Shown here: piece by piece, positions 30,209-38,006 of the stretch
How the letters are laid out: each line of letters opens with the position of its first letter
Numbering within the stretch: the first letter of the stretch is position 1
Source of the DNA: an uncultured Gammaproteobacteria bacterium
GTDB lineage: Bacteria > Patescibacteriota > Patescibacteriia > Magasanikbacterales > GWA2-37-8
Direction of reading: 5' to 3'
Assembly (NCBI GenBank): GCA_964355175.1
Contig: CAYHBZ010000002.1
Coordinates: forward strand, 28,426 to 92,425
DNA length: 64,000 bases
Made by a program: the position numbers and the translations under genes
Notes under the pieces: model-generated
What the model was told of the DNA's origin: nothing
The model's input: the letters and a program-made list of their open reading frames with translations, nothing else
Database searches by the model: none

Positions 30209-30581
30209 ATACGTCGGTAATTAGATAGTATTTTTCTACTTCCTTTTTCGCTTTGTTAGTATCGTATTTATTAGATTTTTCAAAGGCGTTTAAAAGAACA
30301 ATTTTTTTATTATAGATAATGTACAGGATTCTTATTACTGTATTTTTATCTTTTCCACTTTTTATTTCAATGAAATTATGATTATGAAGTGTGCTTAAAA
30401 ATGATGCCTGTCTACCTGGATTTTCTTTTACAAATTGAATCTTCTGATCAATGGTTGCGAGTATACGATTCTTTCGGTCCGTTGTTTTTGAGGTGTCAAA
30501 TTTATTTGGTAAAAAACATTCAAGGTATTTTTTGACCGGACATATATTTAAGTCACTATCAAGATAATAAGTGACCTCCAT
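30159..30581 (-). CDS. RelE/ParE-superfamily toxin, Gp49/HigB-like
   Basis: C-terminal pattern ...HNHNFIEIKSGKDKNTVIRILYIIYNKKIVLLNAFEKSNKY...KKEVEKY resembles phage Gp49-type (HigB-like) killer proteins, which pair with XRE antitoxins in toxin-first order. Confidence 0.5.
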   Translation of the reverse strand: MEVTYYLDSDLNICPVKKYLECFLPNKFDTSKTTDRKNRILATIDQKIQFVKENPGRQASFLSTLHNHNFIEIKSGKDKNTVIRILYIIYNKKIVLLNAFEKSNKYDTNKAKKEVEKYYLITDVYVENFKRNPSCYESYK

Positions 30582-30624
30582 ATGTTGTTGACTGTGTAAA
30601 GTGAATAAATTGGATCTTATTTAA

Positions 30625-30653
30625 ATTATACCCAATTGGATATAATTTGTCAA
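30625..30653 (-). promoter_or_regulatory. consensus sigma70 promoter (TTGACA-17-TATAAT) overlapping a CCAATTGG-centred palindrome, likely the autoregulated TA promoter/operator
   Basis: Minus strand reads TTGACAaattatatccaattgggTATAAT. The -10 lies 44 bp upstream of the toxin ATG. Palindrome ATACCCAATTGGATAT spans the spacer and -10. Confidence 0.5.
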
Positions 30654-30855
30654 TATTGTCTATGCACATCCGAATTATGATACTGTAGTTCTGATAACGT
30701 CAATCATACACCGCCAAGAATCACATTTCGAAAAATCAGCCGTAGTAGATTTTATTTTTCAGCATGTACTGATAAAAGGTATTCCACGCGTGTTCGGATT
30801 TGTTGGATTGTAAGATGATGCCGAGTATCAAAAGGTTTTTTTGGCGCCAAATTTT

Positions 30856-32079
30856 CTAATGTCCTTGTGCGCCGTCTTCTGTACTGCCGTCAAATACTTT
30901 TGTATTTTTGTCTCCAGCCACCTCAAGGATTCCCCATGCGCCGCGATCTAGTCTCGAAAGGGCGTGGTCTACAAGAATATATTTACCCGGCACCTCCAGT
31001 TTGAAATCAACAATAGCCGCGCCACCCGCTGGCACCAGTGTGGTTTGGACATTCTTAAACAACGCGCCTCCGATGGAGGCTTCCGGATAAACAGTATCAA
31101 AAATTTCGCCGATAACGTGAAACGACGAGATAAAATTAACTCCGCCGTTGCCAATAAATATTCTTACGGATTCACCGACATTCGCTTTCATATTGCCGAC
31201 CAACCCTTTCGTTTTGCCATTGAAAACAACATATTTGGGACGTCCGTCAAGCATTTTTTGAGCGTCGAATATTTGCAAGCCCTTTTTGCCTAAACCTCCG
31301 GTGCTATAAAACTCTCCCTGCATGACGTAAAACTCTCGGTCAACTTTGGGTAACCCCTCTTTCGGTTCCACTAAAATCAAGCCGTACATACCGTGAGCGT
31401 CGTGGGTAGCGACATTGGGGTGAGCGCAGTGATAGACATAGAGGCCAGGATTCAGTGCTTTGAACGTCATGGTTTTTGATTCTCCCGGAGCGATATTCGT
31501 AAGTACTGCCCCGCCACCCGGGCCAGTGACTGCATGGAGGTCAATGTTGTGGCTATGAATGCTGGAAGGATCGTTTTTCAGCATCAACTCAACTGTATCT
31601 CCCTCACGAACGCGGATGAATGGCCCCGGCACCGTGCCGTTGAATGTCCAGTAGTTAAAAGTCACGCCGGGAGCCATTTCGGCGATAACTTCCTTGGTCT
31701 CCAGCTCTACTTTGATATTTTCAGAATGGTTGCGATTTATTGGTGGCGGGATATCATTAGGATCGCGAGCGATGGAAGCAACTCGTTCCATATTCCCAGA
31801 TTTTGCAAAAAAGGTAACAACGTTTTTAAATGGGAGACCAGGTCCGTCAGCGGGTCCGAATGTTTTTAAGAAGAACGGATATTGCAATCGTTCCGGAAAC
31901 GCATACGGCATGAAAAGAAAAAACGATATTCCAACAAGAATGACCGAAAAAACGGCGGCAATTTTCCACGAATGAAACTTGCGGATAATCCAGAAAATAA
32001 AGAGTCCGGCGGCAACAAAAGAAATTGCCAGACCAAAAACTTGAATGAGTACGAACTTGAAGAGTGAGAGACTTTCCAT
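30856..32079 (-). CDS. nirK: copper-containing nitrite reductase, membrane-anchored
   Basis: Two N-terminal TM helices. Type-2/type-1 Cu ligand block HNIDLHAVTGPGGG. Type-1 Cu site YHCAHPNVATHDAHGMYG (Cys...His...Met). Two cupredoxin domains. Confidence 0.8.
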   Translation of the reverse strand: MESLSLFKFVLIQVFGLAISFVAAGLFIFWIIRKFHSWKIAAVFSVILVGISFFLFMPYAFPERLQYPFFLKTFGPADGPGLPFKNVVTFFAKSGNMERVASIARDPNDIPPPINRNHSENIKVELETKEVIAEMAPGVTFNYWTFNGTVPGPFIRVREGDTVELMLKNDPSSIHSHNIDLHAVTGPGGGAVLTNIAPGESKTMTFKALNPGLYVYHCAHPNVATHDAHGMYGLILVEPKEGLPKVDREFYVMQGEFYSTGGLGKKGLQIFDAQKMLDGRPKYVVFNGKTKGLVGNMKANVGESVRIFIGNGGVNFISSFHVIGEIFDTVYPEASIGGALFKNVQTTLVPAGGAAIVDFKLEVPGKYILVDHALSRLDRGAWGILEVAGDKNTKVFDGSTEDGAQGH

Positions 32080-32168
32080 AAATTGATTAATGTTATTTTA
32101 ACAGATTTTCCATCGGAGCACCTAATACCGTGGCGATTTTTGCCACCGTACCCGATTTCATATCCCTA

Positions 32169-32420
32169 TTAATTTAAATCTTTCTTCTTCTCCTCAAATT
32201 CTTTTTTATCAATCTCGCCTTTTGCGTAGCGTTCTTTCAGGATTTCAAGCGGGGACTTGTCTTTTCCGTGCGCGGCATCAGCATGATCATGTCCACACCC
32301 GTGACCATTTCCAGAACCGCCTCTGACCAAGGCGACAATCGCCCAGATTACGAGACCCCAAAAGACGACCATAAATATCCAACCGAATCCGCCCATAGTT
32401 CCAAATCCAAAGTTCATCAT
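32169..32420 (-). CDS. SHOCT-domain small membrane protein
   Basis: N-terminal TM helix, His/Gly-rich linker, C-terminal LEILKERYAKGEIDKKEFEEKKKDL SHOCT motif. Confidence 0.55.
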   Translation of the reverse strand: MMNFGFGTMGGFGWIFMVVFWGLVIWAIVALVRGGSGNGHGCGHDHADAAHGKDKSPLEILKERYAKGEIDKKEFEEKKKDLN

Positions 32421-32446
32421 AAAATTGTTTGATTAGTTAATAATAT

Positions 32447-34036
32447 TTACTCCTCGACCGTAAATGTAAACATCATACCAGCTTCGATGTGTTCGAGAAT
32501 ATGACAATGAGCCATCCACACTCCCGGATTGGACATATCGATCAAAACATCCAAATATTCACCTGCTGGTACGTTGACGGTGTCCTTCCACACCAGATTA
32601 GTCTCTGGCGCGCCATTTTTATTCAGCACCAAGAAACGCTGGCCATGAAAATGTATGGGGTGTTGCATAGGGTGTGCGGAGTTGCCGTCGTTGGTAATCC
32701 GTATCTTCATCTTTTCCCCAACCTTAAACTTCCAATCAATGTCCATATTTGCATTACCGGAGTCCTGATCGATTATCTTCCACGTCACCATGTCTGTATT
32801 TGACATCGCGTTCATCCCAGCGTTGTCCGAATCATCCCATTCAATACCGCCTTTCGGCACAGTACCCATCATTTGGCCTCCGCCCATGCGAGACGGCATC
32901 CCATGAGTACCGTTACCCATCATACCGGTGTTGCCACCCAGCATATCAAGCGAGAGTTTTATGCGCTTGTCAGTCTCTTTGGCAAAAAAGGGACGAAAAG
33001 GATCAATGATCTTAATGGCCTCGACGTTATCGCGGAGAGTCTTAAATATATTCGCGTTCGAGGAGACAAGCGACTCATCTGAAACGATAATTTTTCCAAG
33101 ACGTGTTGTTGTATCGGGAGTCTTGTTTTGGATTTCGTATTCACCCGGTGCGTCAAAGCGAGTTTCAACTACGGCGCGCTCGGAAGGAGTGATGAGTACC
33201 GCATCTTTCCATTCCTCATGTTCATATGCGCCGTTATCTCCGCCGACAAGCTTCAACTTCGCTCCCTTGATGGCAAGATTAAACGGCCGGACACTCGCGC
33301 TGTTGGTGAAGTAGAAACGAATCACCTCGCCACTCTTAACCGAGAGAGTGTAGTCGGTCTCGCCATTTACGAGCATGACATTTCCAAATCGTCCCATAAG
33401 AGCGCGATCCGATCCGTCTTTGTAGAATGGCGCGATTTTCCCGTTCTCAATCAAAATGTCATCGAGGAAAACGGCAACTTCGCGGTCAACCGTGTTCCAA
33501 TAGGTCGGGCTTTCTGAAGTTACTAAGAAATTTCCATAAAGGCCGAGCTCAATGGCATAGTCATCGCGCATATGCGGGTGATACCAATACACACCGGTGT
33601 CAGGGAATGTGAGTGTGTAGGTAAACGAGTCGCCGGGCTGAACCACCTTTTGCGTCACATCAGGAACGCCGTCAAAGGCATTGGCCATGCGCACACCATG
33701 CGAATGAATAGTATTCTCCACGTCCGTATCGTTTTTAAAATTAACGGTCACCGTGGCTCCTTGTGGGATTTTCAAAGTCGGTCCCGGGATAGAGCCATTG
33801 TAGGCGAGCATTCGTACTTGGTTCCCATTGATATTCTTTTTTACAAAACTCGCTGTGAGGTCAAACGTGTCTCCATCTTTGAGTTCTATTACCTGTGTCT
33901 TCTCTGCAGATGGCAATCCCTTGATACTTGTTGAAAATGTCTGACCAGAAACAATGCCGTTATTTGATACAAAAATACCTCCGACAATTGCTACTGATAT
34001 CGCGAGTATACCAATGAGTAATGGTTTATTTTTCAT
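32447..34036 (-). CDS. three-domain multicopper oxidase (CueO/CopA-like, with Met-rich segment)
   Basis: Signal peptide. Cu-ligand motifs HSHG, WYHPH, HPIHFHG and HCHILEHIEAGMM. Met/Gly-rich insert GMMGNGTHGMPSRMGGGQMMG typical of Cu(I)-handling MCOs. Confidence 0.85.
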   Translation of the reverse strand: MKNKPLLIGILAISVAIVGGIFVSNNGIVSGQTFSTSIKGLPSAEKTQVIELKDGDTFDLTASFVKKNINGNQVRMLAYNGSIPGPTLKIPQGATVTVNFKNDTDVENTIHSHGVRMANAFDGVPDVTQKVVQPGDSFTYTLTFPDTGVYWYHPHMRDDYAIELGLYGNFLVTSESPTYWNTVDREVAVFLDDILIENGKIAPFYKDGSDRALMGRFGNVMLVNGETDYTLSVKSGEVIRFYFTNSASVRPFNLAIKGAKLKLVGGDNGAYEHEEWKDAVLITPSERAVVETRFDAPGEYEIQNKTPDTTTRLGKIIVSDESLVSSNANIFKTLRDNVEAIKIIDPFRPFFAKETDKRIKLSLDMLGGNTGMMGNGTHGMPSRMGGGQMMGTVPKGGIEWDDSDNAGMNAMSNTDMVTWKIIDQDSGNANMDIDWKFKVGEKMKIRITNDGNSAHPMQHPIHFHGQRFLVLNKNGAPETNLVWKDTVNVPAGEYLDVLIDMSNPGVWMAHCHILEHIEAGMMFTFTVEE

Positions 34037-34039
34037 AGG

Positions 34040-34423
34040 TTATTTTGCATTATTGATAATGGTTTGAATGATTTGGTCGATTTCTTTTGGTCTTTCGCCC
34101 AAATCGGCTTGCGGAAAAAACTGCGGCAGAATAATCGGGCGCATGCCGGAAATAACCGTCTGCCCATCTTTCGTATAGATGTTTATCTTGCATGGCAGGC
34201 AAAGACCGATCTTGATATCAATATTCAAAAACTCATTGGCAAACTTTGCGTTGCAAAACTCCACAATCTTAAACGGCTCTCGCTTGAAACCTTTCTCGGC
34301 CAATGTTGCTTCCACATCATGAGTATACAAAACCCGCATACCGGCTTTGGCAATTTCGTCTTGCACGCTCAAAACCGCCTCGTCAAAAACTTTTGTTGTG
34401 GTTGTAGTGTAATCGAATTCCAT
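34040..34423 (-). CDS. DUF302-domain protein
   Basis: Length and sequence pattern match the DUF302 family, which is frequently encoded in metal-resistance loci. Confidence 0.5.
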   Translation of the reverse strand: MEFDYTTTTTKVFDEAVLSVQDEIAKAGMRVLYTHDVEATLAEKGFKREPFKIVEFCNAKFANEFLNIDIKIGLCLPCKINIYTKDGQTVISGMRPIILPQFFPQADLGERPKEIDQIIQTIINNAK

Positions 34424-34428
34424 AAATG

Positions 34429-34701
34429 TTACTTATTTGATAAATTATAGATTCTGATTAATTCTTTGACAGCCTTCTCGTCCTCGCCTTTACTCTGCAT
34501 TTGATGTTTTACATGGGAACGGAGGTGGTTTTCCAAAAGAAAGCTGTCAAGACTTTTGAGCGACCTTTGAATAGAGAGTGATTGCTCCAGCAGGGTAGGG
34601 CAATACTCCTCTTTCTCAATAGCCTTGATAAGTCCGTCAAATTGACCTTTGAGGATCTTCGCTCTATGAAGAGCGCGGTTTTTTAATTTTTGGTCAACCA
34701 T
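34429..34701 (-). CDS. csoR: CsoR/RcnR-family metal-sensing transcriptional repressor
   Basis: 90 aa, all-helical. Conserved Cys (YCPT) and His/Cys positions (HLRSHVKH) of the CsoR W-X-Y-Z fingerprint. Heads the Cu operon. Confidence 0.65.
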   Translation of the reverse strand: MVDQKLKNRALHRAKILKGQFDGLIKAIEKEEYCPTLLEQSLSIQRSLKSLDSFLLENHLRSHVKHQMQSKGEDEKAVKELIRIYNLSNK

Positions 34702-35259
34702 AGTTTTTGGGTAATTAATAATAGATGTCCACCTACATATATAGTATATACCCCTATATCCTATAAATCAATTACTTTACCCTTGTTGCCATAAAGTTTT
34801 TGACAAAGATATATTTATGTATTATAATTATCAACGCTAAAGACTCAGATATTTCTATGCAAAAGTGGCTATTCAAATCTATTAAACTTCTCACATTAGT
34901 CATTTTTATTTTTGGCACTTTTTCGCTTTGTATTGCGCATACAACTACTGAACCTGTGGAACAGACTATCGCTATATCTGCGCTGGATACCAATGATAAT
35001 CACTGCTGTGGGGGTAAAAAATTGTCGGAAAAACGAACTCTTCTTAATAAAACAAGAATCAGTCAATTACATAATGAAAAGACAGAAAAGTTACCATTAG
35101 CTATATTACCACAACGCCTTATTCCTTCCGTACGGTTGAGTGAATGGCCTGGACCACAGAGAGAGCAATACCACTCTCTTAAAACACAACAACAATTATC
35201 AATGGTCATGCGCTCGTAAATTTTGTTTAAAACAATAATCTTTTGGTTATTGTTTTTTT

Positions 35260-36198
35260 TTGTTTTTAAAAATAATTTTTATTATGAAAAAATTTATATT
35301 TATTATCGCCGCTCTTATGCTCGTTGGGGCAGGATGCGCCTCGCAAAAAACGCCCGCTAACGAAGCCGTCCCTACAGCTGATCAAGGAAGCGCTGTAAAT
35401 AGTGGTGCTAACTCAGACAAAGAACATGCTAAGGCCGGACATTTATCTACAGTAGCAGGCAGTCGTATTGAATTAGACAATCAAAATAGTTTTAAACCAG
35501 GCGAAGTAACATTTAGTTTTAAGCTGTACGGATTAGACGGTCACGAATTTGGGCCAAACGATTTAAAAGTTGAACACGAAAAGAAAATGCATTTCTTAAT
35601 GGTGCGGGATGATATGACAGGTTTCCAGCACACTCATCCAGAATATGCTAACGGAAAGTGGTCGGTAAAAACTGCCTCAATAGAACAAGGTGAGTACCAG
35701 CTCTATGTTGATATTGCCCCTGAGGAAGAGAAGGCTATTGTGCTACGCGTTCCCGTAACTATCGGTGGACAAACGGTAACTAAAAATTTTCCAACCCCAA
35801 ATACTGATCTTTCAGCTCAAGATAGTGCTTACCGCGCTGTTCTAACAACAGATGGTATCTTAAAAACCAACGAACACAACACGCTTACTTTCTCCGTAAC
35901 CAGCAATGGCCAACCAATAAAAAATATTGATCCTTACTTGGGTGCCTATGGCCATGTGGTTTTACTTCGTCATAATGATCCAGACGATTTTTTTCACGTT
36001 CATCCTATTACCGAAAACAAACCAGTTGACGGTAAAGTTCAGTTTGAAGCTCAGTTCCCGGTTAAGGGCCGTTATACGCTGTATGCTCAGTTTAATATTG
36101 GCGGCTCAGTAAAGACATTTCCAATCACTCTTGATGTTAACGAACAAGGTCAGGACAGTGATACTTCTCATGGACATGACACCAAGGCAAAAGAATAA
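35260..36198 (+). CDS. lipoprotein with two tandem ~120-aa domains each carrying an HxHP motif (candidate periplasmic metal-binding protein)
   Basis: Lipobox LVGAGCAS. Internal repeat, domain 1 ...MHFLMVRDDMTGFQHTHPEYANGKW..., domain 2 ...GHVVLLRHNDPDDFFHVHPITENKP.... Confidence 0.45.
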   Translation: MFLKIIFIMKKFIFIIAALMLVGAGCASQKTPANEAVPTADQGSAVNSGANSDKEHAKAGHLSTVAGSRIELDNQNSFKPGEVTFSFKLYGLDGHEFGPNDLKVEHEKKMHFLMVRDDMTGFQHTHPEYANGKWSVKTASIEQGEYQLYVDIAPEEEKAIVLRVPVTIGGQTVTKNFPTPNTDLSAQDSAYRAVLTTDGILKTNEHNTLTFSVTSNGQPIKNIDPYLGAYGHVVLLRHNDPDDFFHVHPITENKPVDGKVQFEAQFPVKGRYTLYAQFNIGGSVKTFPITLDVNEQGQDSDTSHGHDTKAKE

Positions 36199-36206
36199 CT
36201 AACAAT

Positions 36207-37997
36207 ATGAAACAATTTTTAACACTGAAAGTGTTTGGATTAGGCGCTCTGGTTATAGTTGTTTTGGGGGTAGCCGGTAGCCGTCTTTTTGCCGCACAAT
36301 CAAATAGTGAGGAGGAAAATATGCAGAAAAAATCGAAGGTTGTTGCTTTAAACGTGCCCGTAGAAACCGCAGCAGATAGTAACGCAGCAACCGTTGGAGC
36401 TTCGACCATATCCTGGCCAGGTGAAATACTTTCTACTGCTGATGTACAAATCTATCCGGCTCGAGAAGGACAAATTGCTGAATGGCGAGTACGATTAGGT
36501 AGTCCTGTTAGACAAGGTCAGGTGATTGGCAGATTAACTGCTGGTCCCGTAAGTACTGAACTGATAGCTCTTCTTGCTGATCGTCAGAAAGCTATTACTC
36601 AAGCTCGGGCTAACGTCGAAGCGACCGCGAATTATATTCAAACTTCTAAACAGAATCTTCAAGAGCTGAAGTTATCACTTGATCTAGCACGCGATGCGGC
36701 GGTAAAAGCCGCTGAGAATAATCTAGAAACATTAGTAGGTTCTGCTCCAGAGATAACATCAAGTACGACGTCTGCTTCGTCAACCCAGGGAATCTTGGCA
36801 AATAAACGGGATAAGGTGCGTGCACAAGCTCGTAAAATTCAAAACTATTATATTAATGCGATGAGTTTGAATTTTATAACTCTTAAGACCGATCAGTTAT
36901 ACGGAACATACAGTCTTAGAAAATACATCGGCATTCTAGATGCCAATACTATGAGTAACTTTGACAATACCGTTATAGCGCTGGGAAATGATCTCAAAAA
37001 TTCGGCTACCGTTCCTGATGCGTCTGTCTTTAATTTCCTTAAAGCAGCGCAAAGATTACTCCTGTCTACTCTAGCAACTGATGACGGATACGGCATTGCC
37101 GCTAGTAAGTTAGATGGCTTAAGAAACGATATCGGTACTGACCAAACTGAATTTCTTGACGTGCTTAATGAGTACAAAGAAGCTAAGGCATCTGTTGAGA
37201 ATGCCAAAGGTGTAAAAAATATTACTGTAGCTGATGCTGATGCTGTGTATGCTGAGAAAAAATCAGAACTTAATCAAAAAATTGCTGAGCTGGATCGAGA
37301 ACTCGCCTTAGCTCAGTCAGAGGTCGGCGCTGCCGAATCAGCCTACGGTTCCATCGCTTCTGGTATAGCGGGACAAAACATTGTGGCACCTAAAAGCGGT
37401 GTTGTATCAGTTGTCTTTAAGAATGTAGGTGACCAAGTATCACCGGATAGTCCATTAGCTGGTATTAGTAGTGCCCAAGCAACAGGCAGGTTTATTCGTT
37501 TCCGAATCCCGAGTGATATGCGCACGCCTATTACTGGTCAAGAAATTAAAGTCGAACGCCCTGGCTTCCCACTTGAAGGGAAAAAAGCAAAAATTGTAGG
37601 TGTTGGCTTGGCGCTAGATAGTAATGGAGCCTATGTAGCTGACGCTGAATTTTTGGAAAAGATCGATTGGCCAGTACATGCCTCAGTACGCGTCATCTCA
37701 GAAATGACTACACGATCCGTACTTGTTCCTTTTGCAGCGGTTTGGTGGAATGAAAAAGGTGAAGCGAATGTATGGTTGGTAATGGAAAATAATGTTATTC
37801 GTCCACGTGTGGTACATGTAGGAAGAGCTATTGGTGATCGTATAGAAATTGAAGAAGGGTTAGATGCGGGAGAGCGGTATGTCGCTAAAGCTATTCCAAC
37901 CTTAAAAACGGGACAGTCGATCACTGAACTTACGACGGTTAAAAAAGAAACCACTGAACCAGCTGGAGATGGTCATGGACATTCACATGGCGAATAA
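36207..37997 (+). CDS. efflux RND periplasmic adaptor (membrane fusion protein, CusB/HlyD-like) with long coiled-coil insert and His-rich C-terminus
   Basis: N-terminal TM. Lipoyl/beta-barrel segments (AREGQIAEWRVRLGSPVRQGQVIGRL...). About 250-aa alpha-helical hairpin. C-terminal GDGHGHSHGE. Confidence 0.65.
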   Translation: MKQFLTLKVFGLGALVIVVLGVAGSRLFAAQSNSEEENMQKKSKVVALNVPVETAADSNAATVGASTISWPGEILSTADVQIYPAREGQIAEWRVRLGSPVRQGQVIGRLTAGPVSTELIALLADRQKAITQARANVEATANYIQTSKQNLQELKLSLDLARDAAVKAAENNLETLVGSAPEITSSTTSASSTQGILANKRDKVRAQARKIQNYYINAMSLNFITLKTDQLYGTYSLRKYIGILDANTMSNFDNTVIALGNDLKNSATVPDASVFNFLKAAQRLLLSTLATDDGYGIAASKLDGLRNDIGTDQTEFLDVLNEYKEAKASVENAKGVKNITVADADAVYAEKKSELNQKIAELDRELALAQSEVGAAESAYGSIASGIAGQNIVAPKSGVVSVVFKNVGDQVSPDSPLAGISSAQATGRFIRFRIPSDMRTPITGQEIKVERPGFPLEGKKAKIVGVGLALDSNGAYVADAEFLEKIDWPVHASVRVISEMTTRSVLVPFAAVWWNEKGEANVWLVMENNVIRPRVVHVGRAIGDRIEIEEGLDAGERYVAKAIPTLKTGQSITELTTVKKETTEPAGDGHGHSHGE

Positions 37998-38006
37998 TCC
38001 ATTATT

